Origin: Pseudomonadota bacterium
GTDB lineage: Bacteria > Pseudomonadota > Alphaproteobacteria > Sphingomonadales > Sphingomonadaceae
Length of the DNA stretch: 53,086 nucleotides
Assembly: GCA_040385975.1 (NCBI GenBank)
Contig: JAZKGJ010000073.1
Coordinates: 1 to 53,086 of the forward strand
Direction of reading: 5' to 3'
Shown here: positions 18,451-28,413 of the stretch, piece after piece
How the letters are laid out: the number at the start of each line of letters is the position of its first letter
Numbering within the stretch: position 1 is the first letter of the stretch
The notes under the pieces: generated by a model
What the model was told of the DNA's origin: nothing
The model's input: the letters and a program-made list of their open reading frames with translations, nothing else
The model's database searches: none
Position numbers and translations under genes: made by a program

Positions 18451-20046
18451 GTGACCTACCAGCAGACCATCGCCGACACCCGCACCCTGATCGCGGGCTT
18501 CAACGGCACCTGGGACGGGATCGACCCCGAAGCGGTGGCGCGGATGCGCGCGCAGAACCGGTTCGAGGGCGGACTCGACATCGCGCGCTACACCGCCGCG
18601 ATCATGCGCCGCGACATGGCGGCCTACGACGCCGACCCGGCCGCCTACACGCAGTCGCTGGGCTGCTGGCACGGCTTCATCGGCCAGCAGAAGATCATCA
18701 GCATCAAGAAGCATTTCGGCACGACCAAGGGCCGCTACCTCTACCTCTCGGGGTGGATGGTCGCGGCGCTGCGCAGCGACTTCGGGCCGCTCCCCGACCA
18801 GTCGATGCACGAAAAGACCAGCGTTCCCGCGCTGATCGAGGAACTCTACACGTTCCTGCGCCAGGCCGACGCCCGCGAACTGTCGCTGATGTTTCGCGAA
18901 CTCGACGCGGCGCGCGCGAGCGGCGACGCGGTGGCGGAAAAGCGGCTGCTGAATGCCATCGACACTTTCGAAACCCACGTCGTCCCGATCATCGCCGACA
19001 TCGACGCGGGGTTCGGCAATGCCGAGGCGACGTACCTGCTCGCGAAGAAGATGATCGAGGCGGGCGCGTGCGCGCTGCAGATCGAGAATCAGGTCAGCGA
19101 CGAAAAGCAGTGCGGGCATCAGGACGGCAAGGTGACCGTCCCGCACGAAGACTTCCTGGCGAAGGTCCGCGCGTGCCGCTACGCGTTCCTGGAGCTCGGC
19201 GTGCCCGACGGAATTATCGTCACGCGGACCGACTCGCTCGGCGCGGGGCTGACCAAGCAGATCGCGGTTTCGAAGACGCCGGGCGATCTGGGCGACCAGT
19301 ATAACGGCTTTCTGGATTGCGAGGAAATCGACCCGGCAAACGCGCAAAACGGCGACGTCATCCTCAATCGCGACGGCAAGCTGCTGCGCCCCAAACGGCT
19401 GCCCTCGAACCTGTTCCAGTTTCGCGAAGGAACCGGGGCGGATCGCTGCGTCATGGATTGCATCGCCAGCCTTCAGAACGGCGCCGACCTGTTGTGGATC
19501 GAGACCGAAAGACCGCACATCGAGCAGATCGCGGCGATGGTCGACCGGATCCGTGAGGTCGTCCCGAACGCGAAGCTGGTCTACAACAATTCGCCGAGCT
19601 TCAACTGGACGCTCAATTTTCGCCAGCAGGTGTTCGACGCCTGGGCCGAAGCGAGGCGGGACGTGTCGGCATACGACCGCGCAAAATTGATGAGCGTCGA
19701 TTACGACGGGACCGAACTGGGCGACGAAGCCGACGAACGCATCCGCACGTTCCAGCGGGACGCGGCGGCGCGGGCGGGGATCTTCCACCACCTCATCACA
19801 TTGCCGACCTATCACACCGCGGCGCTCAGCACCGACAATCTGGCGAAGGAATATTTCGGCAACCAGGCGATGCTCGGCTACGTCAAGCAGGTCCAGCGCG
19901 CTGAAATCCGCCAGGGCATCGCCTGCGTGAAGCACCAGAACATGAGCGGGTCGGACATCGGCGACGACCACAAGGAATATTTCGCCGGCGAAGCCGCGCT
20001 CAAGGCCGGCGGTGCGGACAACACGATGAATCAGTTCGCGGCGTAG
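18451..20046 (+). CDS. aceA: Isocitrate lyase
   Basis: YLSGW, DIDAGFG, EKQCGH catalytic motif, YNNSPSFNW; GTG start after AAGGA. Confidence 0.96.
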   Translation: MTYQQTIADTRTLIAGFNGTWDGIDPEAVARMRAQNRFEGGLDIARYTAAIMRRDMAAYDADPAAYTQSLGCWHGFIGQQKIISIKKHFGTTKGRYLYLSGWMVAALRSDFGPLPDQSMHEKTSVPALIEELYTFLRQADARELSLMFRELDAARASGDAVAEKRLLNAIDTFETHVVPIIADIDAGFGNAEATYLLAKKMIEAGACALQIENQVSDEKQCGHQDGKVTVPHEDFLAKVRACRYAFLELGVPDGIIVTRTDSLGAGLTKQIAVSKTPGDLGDQYNGFLDCEEIDPANAQNGDVILNRDGKLLRPKRLPSNLFQFREGTGADRCVMDCIASLQNGADLLWIETERPHIEQIAAMVDRIREVVPNAKLVYNNSPSFNWTLNFRQQVFDAWAEARRDVSAYDRAKLMSVDYDGTELGDEADERIRTFQRDAAARAGIFHHLITLPTYHTAALSTDNLAKEYFGNQAMLGYVKQVQRAEIRQGIACVKHQNMSGSDIGDDHKEYFAGEAALKAGGADNTMNQFAA

Positions 20047-20052
20047 GCCGCA

Positions 20053-20076
20053 CGCGGGCAGGGCAACCTGCCCGCG
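20053..20076. terminator. Hairpin 3' of aceA (no U-tract)
   Basis: CGCGGGCAGG-GCAA-CCTGCCCGCG, 10-bp stem between convergent genes. Confidence 0.5.
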
Positions 20077-20144
20077 AGACGGCCAAGCCCGGCCGGCGGG
20101 CGTGAGCCCGACCGACGACGCGGCTTAGCCGCGGCGCGTCTTCC

Positions 20145-21098
20145 TCAAGCCGCCCCCGCCGCGTCCAGGCGCGCCAACTGCTCAGCACTCAGCACCAGCG
20201 TCATCGCCGGGAGCAGCTCCTCGATCTGCGCCGCGCTCGTCGCGCTGGCGATCGGGGCGGTGACGCCGTCCTGCGCGATCAGCCAGGCCAGCGAAACCTG
20301 CGCCAGTGTCGCGCCCGTCTCGCCCGAGATCTGATCGAGCGCGGCGAGCACCGCCGGGCCGGTGCCGTCGAGCAACGCCTGCATCCGCGCGCCGCGTATG
20401 CTTTTGCCGAAATCGGCGGCGCTGCGATATTTGCCGGTCAGGAAGCCCGAAGCGAGCCCGTAATAGGGCACGACGCCGATGTTCTGTTCACAGCAATAAT
20501 CCTGCAGCTCGCCTTCGAATTTACCACGGCTGATCAGATTATACTCGGGCTGCAGCACGTCGTAACGCGGCAGGCCCGCGGCGCGGGCGGCTTCGTTGGC
20601 GGACTTCAGCCGCGCGGCGTGAAAGTTCGACGCGCCGACGACGCGGACCTTGCCCGCATCGACGAGCCTGCCGAATGCCGCCAGCGCCGCCTCCTGCGGA
20701 ACCGCGTCGTCATCCTGATGCGCGAAATACAGGTCGATCCGGTCGGTCCCGAGCCGTTTCAGCGACGCCTCGCACGCGGCCGCGATCCGCGCGGGGGCGA
20801 GTTTTTCGCCGCCTTCGCCCGGCAGCATCCCGACCTTGGTCGCGATCAGCACCGCGTCGCGCTTGCCCGATGCCGTCAGCCATTCGCCGATCACGCTTTC
20901 GGACTCGCCGCCGCGGTGTCCCGGCACCCATGCCGAATACACGTCGGCGGTGTCGATCATCGTGCCGCCGCCGGCAACGAATGCGTCGAGGACCGCAAAA
21001 CTGGCGGCCTTGTCGGCGGTCCAGCCGAAGACGTTCCCGCCGAGCACGAGCGGCGCGATGCGCAGGTCGGTCGCACCGAGGCGACGGAGCGCGGTCAT
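20145..21098 (-). CDS. Aldo/keto reductase
   Basis: IDTADVY, IATKVG, SLKRLGTDRIDLYFAH, GASNF, QPEYNL, GFLTGKY. Confidence 0.93.
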   Translation of the reverse strand: MTALRRLGATDLRIAPLVLGGNVFGWTADKAASFAVLDAFVAGGGTMIDTADVYSAWVPGHRGGESESVIGEWLTASGKRDAVLIATKVGMLPGEGGEKLAPARIAAACEASLKRLGTDRIDLYFAHQDDDAVPQEAALAAFGRLVDAGKVRVVGASNFHAARLKSANEAARAAGLPRYDVLQPEYNLISRGKFEGELQDYCCEQNIGVVPYYGLASGFLTGKYRSAADFGKSIRGARMQALLDGTGPAVLAALDQISGETGATLAQVSLAWLIAQDGVTAPIASATSAAQIEELLPAMTLVLSAEQLARLDAAGAA

Positions 21099-21286
21099 TG
21101 CGCGTTGTCCGGCGTGGCGGAATTATCGACGGTCACCGCGTCGGCGCCATTGTCTTCAAGCGCCGCCGCGGCTTCGTTCAGCGCCTCGGCCTCGCTGGCG
21201 CTGACTCCCGCGGGGGCCGGGTCGTTGGCGGCGGGGCCGCATCCGGTCAGCAGGCCGGCGCCGAGCAGGATCGTCAGTCGCTTCAT
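21095..21286 (-). CDS. Small lipoprotein (63 aa)
   Basis: MKRLTILLGAGLLTGC lipobox; AGGAAGG SD; overlaps AKR start. Confidence 0.75.
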   Translation of the reverse strand: MKRLTILLGAGLLTGCGPAANDPAPAGVSASEAEALNEAAAALEDNGADAVTVDNSATPDNAQ

Positions 21287-21318
21287 GATTCGCCTTCCTG
21301 TTCGCGCCGGTCGCCCGA

Positions 21319-21597
21319 TCATTCCTTGATCGCGTTGCCCGCGTCGGTCAGCGCTTCGCCGGTCGCGTCGGCGGCGGCATCGGCACCGTTGGCGATGGCA
21401 TTGCCGGTCGCGTCGATGCTCTGTTCGGCCGAACCGAGCGCGGCGTCGGCGGCGTTCGAGACATCGGCGGCGCCTTCACCGGCGGTCGCGTTGGCATCGG
21501 CGGCGATCGCGTCGCCGGCTTCGGCGGTCTCATTCTGCGCATTCTGGCTGCAGGCCGACAGGGCAAGCGCGCTCAGCGCGACGACGAGCTTTTTCAT
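21319..21597 (-). CDS. Small acidic Ala-rich low-complexity lipoprotein (92 aa)
   Basis: MKKLVVALSALALSAC lipobox; GAAGGA SD; DATG/GNAI repeats. Confidence 0.8.
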   Translation of the reverse strand: MKKLVVALSALALSACSQNAQNETAEAGDAIAADANATAGEGAADVSNAADAALGSAEQSIDATGNAIANGADAAADATGEALTDAGNAIKE

Positions 21598-21670
21598 TGG
21601 GAGATCCTTCGATGGGAACGACGCGATCATTGTCCACGCGGAATCGGGTTGAGGCAAGCGCGTTGACCCC

Positions 21671-21690
21671 ATATAAAGATATCTTTATGT
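21671..21690. promoter_or_regulatory. SahR-type operator overlapping the met operon promoter
   Basis: ATATAAAGATATCTTTATGT with perfect 16-bp palindromic core; TTGACC -35-like hexamer at 21663. Confidence 0.75.
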
Positions 21691-21701
21691 CTTGATCCAT
21701 C

Positions 21702-22655
21702 ATGCGCAGCGCACTCGATATCTTTCGGTCTCTGGCGGACGCGACCCGGCTCAGAATCATGACCTTGCTCGGGTCGATGGAGCTGTCGGTCGGCGAGCTG
21801 GCGCAGGTGCTGGGGCAGAGCCAGCCGCGAGTGTCGCGCCACGTCAAGATCCTGTGCGACGCGGGCTTGGCCGAGCGGCGCAAGGAAGGCAGCTGGGTCT
21901 TCATCGCGCTCGGGCAGGCCGGGCGGGTCGGCCCGGTGATGCGCGCGATCGAGACGCTGGCGGCGCTCGACGGCGATCATTGGGCGGTGGCGGATGCCGC
22001 GCGGCTGGCGGCGGTGCGCGCCGACCGCGCGGCATCGGCGGCGCAGTGGTTCGAGGCGCACGCGGGCGAATGGGACGCGATCCGCTCGCTCCATGTCGCC
22101 GAAGAGCAGGTCGAGACCGCGATCGGCGCGGTGCTGGGACCCGACAAGGTCGGCCGGCTGATCGACATCGGCACCGGGACCGGACGGATGCTCGAACTGT
22201 TCGGCGATCGCGCCGAGCAGGCGCTGGGGATCGACCGGTCGAGCGAGATGCTGCGGCTCGCCCGCGCGAAGCTGAGCGAACATGCCATTCCGGCCGAGCT
22301 GCGGCAGGCCGATCTGTACGCGCTGCCGCTGGGCGATGGTGAGGCCGACGTCGCGATCCTGCACCATGTGCTCCATTTCGCGCAGCAGCCCGGCGCCGCG
22401 ATCGCCGAGGCCGCGCGGGTGCTTGGCACGCGAGGCCGGTTGCTGATCGCCGATTTCGCGCCGCACGACCGCGAGGAATTGCGGCAGCAGGACGCGCATA
22501 CCCGGCTCGGCTTTTCGGACGAGCAGATCGGGCAGTGGTTCGCAAGCGCCGGCCTGGGCCTCGACCGGGTCGAGACGCTCGAGGGCGGGGCGCTGACGGT
22601 GAAATTGTGGCTCGGCGTGAAACAGCCGCCGCGCCGATTGAAGGAAGTCGCATGA
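21702..22655 (+). CDS. sahR: ArsR HTH plus SAM-binding methyltransferase-fold regulator (SahR/SamR type)
   Basis: SQPRVSRHVKIL HTH; IDIGTGTG; first gene of the metF-metH operon. Confidence 0.85.
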   Translation: MRSALDIFRSLADATRLRIMTLLGSMELSVGELAQVLGQSQPRVSRHVKILCDAGLAERRKEGSWVFIALGQAGRVGPVMRAIETLAALDGDHWAVADAARLAAVRADRAASAAQWFEAHAGEWDAIRSLHVAEEQVETAIGAVLGPDKVGRLIDIGTGTGRMLELFGDRAEQALGIDRSSEMLRLARAKLSEHAIPAELRQADLYALPLGDGEADVAILHHVLHFAQQPGAAIAEAARVLGTRGRLLIADFAPHDREELRQQDAHTRLGFSDEQIGQWFASAGLGLDRVETLEGGALTVKLWLGVKQPPRRLKEVA

Positions 22656-23584
22656 CCCGCGATCACGCCGCGGAGGCCCGGCTGGCGACCGACCTGCCGC
22701 TCTATGCCGACGTGGCCGGCGATGCCGCGATCAGCTTCGAATTCTTCCCGCCCAAGACCGAGAAGATGGAAGCGCAATTGTGGGACGCGGTGGCGACGCT
22801 GGCCCCGTTGGGACCACGCTTCGTCAGCGTAACCTATGGCGCTGGCGGTTCGACGCGAGAGCGGACCCACGCCACGGTGGCGCGGATCGCGCGCGAGACC
22901 GCGATTCCGGCGGCGGCGCATCTGACCTGCGTCGAGGCGACCCGCGACGAGATCGACGCGGTGGCGGAGGATTACTGGAACGCGGGGGTGCGCCACATCG
23001 TCGCGCTGCGCGGCGATCCGCCGACCGCGGGGGCGAAATACGCGACCCATCCGGGCGGATATGAGAATGCGGCCGATCTGGTCGCCGGGCTGAAGCGGCT
23101 GCATCCGTTCGAGATTTCGGTCGCGGCCTATCCCGAATGTCACCCCGATTCGCCGCACAGCGCGCACGACCTCGACAATCTAAAGCGCAAGTTCGATGCC
23201 GGAGCGACCCGGGCGATCACGCAATTCTTTCACGAGGCCGACACGTTCTTCCGGTTCCGCGACGATGCGGCGGCGGCGGGGATCGACGCCGAGATCGTAC
23301 CGGGGATCATGCCGGTGGTGAACTTCGCTAGCGTCAAGCGGATGAGCGCGATGTGCAACACCGCGGTGCCGGCCTGGCTGGAACGGCTGTTCGACAGGCT
23401 GGAGGACATGCCCGCCGCGCGGCAGCTGGTGGCGGCGACGGTCGCGGCGGAATTGTGCCGGAAACTGTACGCGGGGGGCGTGCGTAGTTTCCACTTCTAC
23501 ACGCTGAACCGGGCCGAGCTGGCCTATGCGATCTGTCACCTGCTCGGGGTGCGGGCTAATGATGCGAAGGCGGTGGCGGCATGA
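22652..23584 (+). CDS. metF: 5,10-methylenetetrahydrofolate reductase
   Basis: SFEFFPPK, VTYGAGGS, AHLTC, ALRGDPP, HFYTLN; ATGA overlap. Confidence 0.96.
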   Translation: MTRDHAAEARLATDLPLYADVAGDAAISFEFFPPKTEKMEAQLWDAVATLAPLGPRFVSVTYGAGGSTRERTHATVARIARETAIPAAAHLTCVEATRDEIDAVAEDYWNAGVRHIVALRGDPPTAGAKYATHPGGYENAADLVAGLKRLHPFEISVAAYPECHPDSPHSAHDLDNLKRKFDAGATRAITQFFHEADTFFRFRDDAAAAGIDAEIVPGIMPVVNFASVKRMSAMCNTAVPAWLERLFDRLEDMPAARQLVAATVAAELCRKLYAGGVRSFHFYTLNRAELAYAICHLLGVRANDAKAVAA

Positions 23585-24627
23585 GCGCGCGCGAACACTT
23601 CCTGACTCAGGCCGCCGAGCGCATCCTGATCACCGACGGGGCGTTCGGGACCGAGATCCAGAACTGGAAGCTGTCGGAAGGCTGTTACGCCGGCAATCTG
23701 GGCTTGAGCCACGATCAGAAGGGCAACAACGACATTCTGGCGCTGACCAAGCCCGAAGTCCCGGCATCGATTCATCGCGCGTATTTCGCGGCGGGTGCGG
23801 ATATCGCCGAGACCAACACCTTCAGCGCCAATCGGATCAGCCAGGCCGACTATGGCGCCGAGGGGCTCGTGCGCGAGATCAACGTCGAGAGCGCACGGAT
23901 GGCGCGGGCGTTGGCGGACGAATTCGCCGCGCAGGACGGGCGCCCGCGGTTCGTGGCGGGCGCGATCGGGCCGACCAACAAGACGCTGTCGCTGAGCCCC
24001 GATGTCAACGACCCGGGGTTTCGCGAGATCGACTTCGACTATTTGAAAGACGTCTATCGCGAGCAGACCGACGCGCTGGTCGAAGGCGGTGCGGACTTCA
24101 TCCTGATCGAGACGGTGTTCGACACGCTGAACGCCAAGGCCGGAATCATGGCGGTGCTGGAAGCAGAGCAGGCGCTGGGCCGCGACCTGCCGATCATGCT
24201 GTCGATGACGCTGACCGACCTGAGCGGGCGGAACCTGTCGGGGCATACCGTAGAAGCGTTCTGGCACGCGGTGCGGCATGCTCGGCCGCTGACGATCGGG
24301 CTGAATTGCTCGTTCGGTGCCGAGCAGTTGCGGCCGCACGTGAAAGTGCTGAGCGACCTGTGCGACGCGTTGATCATGGTCTATCCGAACGCCGGCCTGC
24401 CCAACGAGCTGGGCGCGTATGACGAATTGCCCGAGACCACCGCGGCGTTGGTCGGCGAATGGGCGCGGGCCGGACAGGTGAATGTGCTGGGCGGGTGTTG
24501 CGGATCGACCCCGGCGCATATTCGGGCGATTGCCGAGATGGTGAAGGGCTTGCCCCCGCGCGCGCTGCCTAAGCCGGCGGTGCAGACCCGGCTGGCGGGG
24601 CTCGAGCCGTTCACGATGGCGGCCTAG
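23581..24627 (+). CDS. metH: B12-dependent methionine synthase, homocysteine-binding half
   Basis: DGAFGT, ETNTF, GLNC, YPNAGLP, GGCCG; ends LAGLEPF then stop. Confidence 0.92.
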   Translation: MSAREHFLTQAAERILITDGAFGTEIQNWKLSEGCYAGNLGLSHDQKGNNDILALTKPEVPASIHRAYFAAGADIAETNTFSANRISQADYGAEGLVREINVESARMARALADEFAAQDGRPRFVAGAIGPTNKTLSLSPDVNDPGFREIDFDYLKDVYREQTDALVEGGADFILIETVFDTLNAKAGIMAVLEAEQALGRDLPIMLSMTLTDLSGRNLSGHTVEAFWHAVRHARPLTIGLNCSFGAEQLRPHVKVLSDLCDALIMVYPNAGLPNELGAYDELPETTAALVGEWARAGQVNVLGGCCGSTPAHIRAIAEMVKGLPPRALPKPAVQTRLAGLEPFTMAA

Positions 24628-24644
24628 CTGCGGTTTGGACCCCG

Positions 24645-24713
24645 CCGTTCACCCTGAGCGAAGTCGAAGGGCGGTCGATAATCAAGTGCTTCGACTTCGC
24701 TCAGCCCGAACGG
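24645..24713. repeat. Palindromic intergenic element, family B
   Basis: CCGTTC..CTGAGCGAAGTCGAAG / CTTCGACTTCGCTCAG..GAACGG. Confidence 0.9.
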
Positions 24714-24720
24714 ATATTTT

Positions 24721-27375
24721 GTGAACGCGCCATCCTCCACCAATTTCGTCAACGTCGGCGAACGCACCAACGTCACCGGCAGCGCCGCGTTCAAGAAGCT
24801 CATCATGGCAGGCGACTATGCCCGCGCGGTCGAGGTTGCGCGGCAGCAGGTCGAGAATGGCGCGCAGGTCGTCGACGTCAACATGGACGAGGGGTTGCTC
24901 GACGGCGTCGTCGCGATGACGACGTTCCTGAAGCTGATCGCCGCCGAACCCGACATCGCGCGGGTGCCGGTGATGGTCGACAGCTCCAAATGGGACGTGA
25001 TCGAAGCCGGGCTCAAGTGCGTGTCGGGCAAGCCGATCGTGAATTCGATCAGTATGAAGGAGGGCGAGGAGCAATTTCTAAGTCACGCGCGTAAGTGCAT
25101 GAATTATGGCGCGGCCGCCGTGGTGATGGCCTTCGATGAGACCGGGCAGGCGGATACCTGCGCCCGCAAGGTCGAGATCTGCGAGCGCGCCTACAAGCTT
25201 CTGACGGGGATTGGCTTTCCGGCCGAGGACATCATCTTCGACCCCAACGTCTTCGCGGTGGCGACGGGGATCGAGGAGCACAACAATTACGGCGTCGACT
25301 TCATCGAGGCGTGCCGCGAGATCAAGGCGCGCTGCCCGCACGTTCACATCAGCGGCGGGCTGTCGAACCTGAGCTTCAGCTTCCGCGGCAACGAGCCGGT
25401 GCGCCGCGCGATGCACTCGGTCTTTCTATATCATGCGATTCCCGCGGGCATGGACATGGCGATCGTCAACGCCGGGCAGCTCGATATCTACGACCAGATC
25501 GACTTCGAGCTGCGCCAGGCGTGCGAGGACGTGGTGATGAACCGCGATCCCGAGGCCGGCGAGCGGCTGGTCGCGCTGGCGGAAAGATATCGCGGGACCG
25601 ACGCGGTGGCGGAAAAGGCGGCGGCGGAATGGCGGTCTCTGCCGGTCACCAAGCGGCTGGAATATGCGCTGGTGAAGGGGATCGACGCACACGTGGTCGA
25701 CGATACCGAGGAATGCCGCCAACAATTCGCGCGGCCGATCGAGGTGATCGAGGGGCCGCTGATGGACGGGATGAACGTGGTCGGCGACCTGTTCGGATCG
25801 GGCAAGATGTTCCTGCCGCAGGTGGTGAAGTCGGCGCGGGTGATGAAGAAGGCGGTGGCGCATCTGCTGCCCTTCATCGAGGCATCGAAGGAGCCGGGCG
25901 CGAAGGGCAAGGGCAAGATCGTGATGGCGACGGTGAAGGGCGACGTCCACGATATCGGCAAGAACATCGTCGGGGTGGTGTTGCAGTGCAACGGGTTCGA
26001 CGTGGTCGACCTGGGCGTGATGGTGCCGTGGTCGCGGATCCTGGCGGCGGCGAACGAGAACGATGCCGACATGATCGGGCTGTCGGGGCTGATCACACCG
26101 TCGCTCGACGAGATGGTGACGGTCGCCGAGGAGATGAAGCGCGCGGGAATGACGATGCCGCTGCTGATCGGCGGCGCGACGACGTCGAAAGTGCATACCG
26201 CGCTCAGGATTTCGCCGGCGTACGATGGCCCGATCGTGCACGTGCTCGACGCCAGCCGCGCGGTCGGGGTGGCGACGACGTTGGTGAGCGACACCAACCG
26301 CGACGCCTATGTGCTTGGGGTCGCAGAAGATTATCAAAAAGTGCGCGACGCTCGCGCGAACAAGGGGCAGAACGAGCTACTGCCGCTGGCGAAGGCGCGC
26401 GCCAATCCGTTTGTCGCTGACATGGCGCTGAAACCCGGGACGCCCGCTAAGCCGGGGGTGCACATTTTTCGCGACTGGGACCTCAAGGACCTGCGCGAAC
26501 TGATCGACTGGACGCCGTTTTTTCGCGCGTGGGAACTGGCCGGGAATTATCCCGCGATCCTGAGCGATGCGGTCGTGGGCGAAAGCGCGACGTCGCTGTT
26601 CGCCGACGCCAACGCGATGCTGGACAAGATCGTCGCGGAGAAGTGGCTGACCGCGCGCGGGGTGGCAGGGCTGTGGCCGTGCGTGCGGCATAATGACGAT
26701 GTGTTCGTGGACTGCGAGGGCGTGTGGACCGCCGAGGAACTGGGTTCGCTCGAGCTGCTCGGGCTGGCCGAGAACGACGACCTGGTGCGGCTGCCGTTCC
26801 TGCGCCAGCAGATCGTGAAACGGGAGGGGCGGCGCAATATGTCGCTGGCCGATTTCGTCGATCCGGCAGGGGACTGGCTCGGTGGGTTCGCGGTTAGCAT
26901 CCACGGGATTGAGCCGCATCTGGCGCGGTTCAAAGCGGGGATCGACGATTACAGCGACATTCTGCTCAAGGCGCTGGCGGATCGGCTGGCGGAAGCATTC
27001 GCGGAGCGGCTCCACCAGCATGTCCGGCAGGAGCTATGGGGCTATGCGCCCGACGAGCAACTGACCAACGAAGCACTGATCCGCGAGCAGTATCGCGGCA
27101 TCCGCCCGGCGCCGGGCTATCCGGCGTGTCCCGAGCACAGCCTGAAGGGCAAGCTGTTCGAGATGCTCGACGCCCATCACGCGACGGGAATTTCGCTGAC
27201 CGAGAGTTTCGCGATGCTGCCGACCGCGGCGGTCAGCGGGTTCTACTTCGGGCATCCTCAGGCCGAGTATTTCGGCGTCGCACGGATCGGGCCGGACCAG
27301 GTCGCGGACTATGCGGCGCGGCGCGGGGTCGAGCTCAGCGTGGCGGAGCGGTGGCTGCGGCCCAATCTCGACTGA
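24721..27375 (+). CDS. metH: B12-dependent methionine synthase, pterin/cobalamin/activation domains
   Basis: [21 protein letters not shown]12 motif, [18 protein letters not shown]. Confidence 0.95.
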   Translation: MNAPSSTNFVNVGERTNVTGSAAFKKLIMAGDYARAVEVARQQVENGAQVVDVNMDEGLLDGVVAMTTFLKLIAAEPDIARVPVMVDSSKWDVIEAGLKCVSGKPIVNSISMKEGEEQFLSHARKCMNYGAAAVVMAFDETGQADTCARKVEICERAYKLLTGIGFPAEDIIFDPNVFAVATGIEEHNNYGVDFIEACREIKARCPHVHISGGLSNLSFSFRGNEPVRRAMHSVFLYHAIPAGMDMAIVNAGQLDIYDQIDFELRQACEDVVMNRDPEAGERLVALAERYRGTDAVAEKAAAEWRSLPVTKRLEYALVKGIDAHVVDDTEECRQQFARPIEVIEGPLMDGMNVVGDLFGSGKMFLPQVVKSARVMKKAVAHLLPFIEASKEPGAKGKGKIVMATVKGDVHDIGKNIVGVVLQCNGFDVVDLGVMVPWSRILAAANENDADMIGLSGLITPSLDEMVTVAEEMKRAGMTMPLLIGGATTSKVHTALRISPAYDGPIVHVLDASRAVGVATTLVSDTNRDAYVLGVAEDYQKVRDARANKGQNELLPLAKARANPFVADMALKPGTPAKPGVHIFRDWDLKDLRELIDWTPFFRAWELAGNYPAILSDAVVGESATSLFADANAMLDKIVAEKWLTARGVAGLWPCVRHNDDVFVDCEGVWTAEELGSLELLGLAENDDLVRLPFLRQQIVKREGRRNMSLADFVDPAGDWLGGFAVSIHGIEPHLARFKAGIDDYSDILLKALADRLAEAFAERLHQHVRQELWGYAPDEQLTNEALIREQYRGIRPAPGYPACPEHSLKGKLFEMLDAHHATGISLTESFAMLPTAAVSGFYFGHPQAEYFGVARIGPDQVADYAARRGVELSVAERWLRPNLD

Positions 27376-27480
27376 TTCTGGGACAAGTGCTGCGCACGTT
27401 CAGATCCGACGGCAACGGCGCTGGCAATTAACCGCGTTTCGCCATCGGATCGGAACCCGCGTGAGCGCATGACCATATTC

Positions 27481-28413
27481 ATGCGCACATTTCTGATCCT
27501 CGCCGCCGCCCTAGCGGTCCCCGCTGCCGCTCAGCAACGATCCTCCGCACCGTTCACGATCGTCGAGAACGGGCAGGGCTTTGCGAACCTGCAGGACGCG
27601 CTGATGTCGATCCGGGGGCAGGACGGTACAATCCTGATCGCGCCGGGCACCTATCGCCAGTGCGGCATCCAGCAGGCGGGTCACATCACCTTCAAGGCTG
27701 CGACTCCAGGCAGCGTCGTGTTCGACGGCGAGGCTTGCGAGGGCAAGGCCGCGTTGGTGCTACGCGGGGCGGGATCGACCGTCGACGGGATCGTGTTCCG
27801 CAATTTGCGCGTGCCCGACGGCAACGGCGCGGGCATCCGGATCGAATTGGGCGATTTGACCGTCGTCAATTCGATGTTCCTCGACAGCCAGGAAGGCATC
27901 CTGGGCGCCAACGGCGCGCCGGTGCGGATCAGCATCGATCGCTCGACCTTCGCCGGGCTCGGCCAGTGCGACGAAACGAGCGACTGCGCGCATTCGATCT
28001 ACCTCGCGACCCCAGGCCAGGTGAGCATCACCCGCTCACGCTTCGAACGCGGCCGCGGCGGGCATTACGTCAAGCTCAGGGTCGCCAACGTCCGTATCGC
28101 CGACAACAGCTTCGACGACACCAAGGGTACCAAGACCAATTACATGATCGACCTGCCCGAAGGGGCGACCGGGCTGATCGCGAACAACACCTTCGTGCAG
28201 GGCGCGCAGAAGGAAAATCACTCGGGGCTGATCGTCGTGTCGGCGGAGGCGCACACCTATTCGTCCGAAGGGCTGACGGTGCGTGGTAACACCGCGACGC
28301 TGGCGCCGGGGCAGGAGCATTCGCCCGCCTTCGTGGCGGACGGCAGCAAGCAGCGGCTGGAGATCGCCGACAACCGGCTGGGCGCGGGAGTGCGGGCGTT
28401 CGAGCGCCGCTAG
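27481..28413 (+). CDS. Exported right-handed parallel beta-helix protein
   Basis: Signal peptide; periodic NSMF/RSTF/RSRF/DNSF/NNTF strands; DGNGAGIR. Confidence 0.8.
   Translation: MRTFLILAAALAVPAAAQQRSSAPFTIVENGQGFANLQDALMSIRGQDGTILIAPGTYRQCGIQQAGHITFKAATPGSVVFDGEACEGKAALVLRGAGSTVDGIVFRNLRVPDGNGAGIRIELGDLTVVNSMFLDSQEGILGANGAPVRISIDRSTFAGLGQCDETSDCAHSIYLATPGQVSITRSRFERGRGGHYVKLRVANVRIADNSFDDTKGTKTNYMIDLPEGATGLIANNTFVQGAQKENHSGLIVVSAEAHTYSSEGLTVRGNTATLAPGQEHSPAFVADGSKQRLEIADNRLGAGVRAFERR

Noticed and set aside
21598-21701. SAM or cobalamin riboswitch ahead of the met genes
   Set aside because: No room or consensus; the palindromic operator explains the region
23581-27375. metH as a disrupted pseudogene
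   Set aside because: Break is at a domain boundary and both halves keep their catalytic motifs
27403-27451. Long imperfect hairpin after metH
   Set aside because: Several mismatches and no U-tract; cannot distinguish a terminator from chance pairing at high GC
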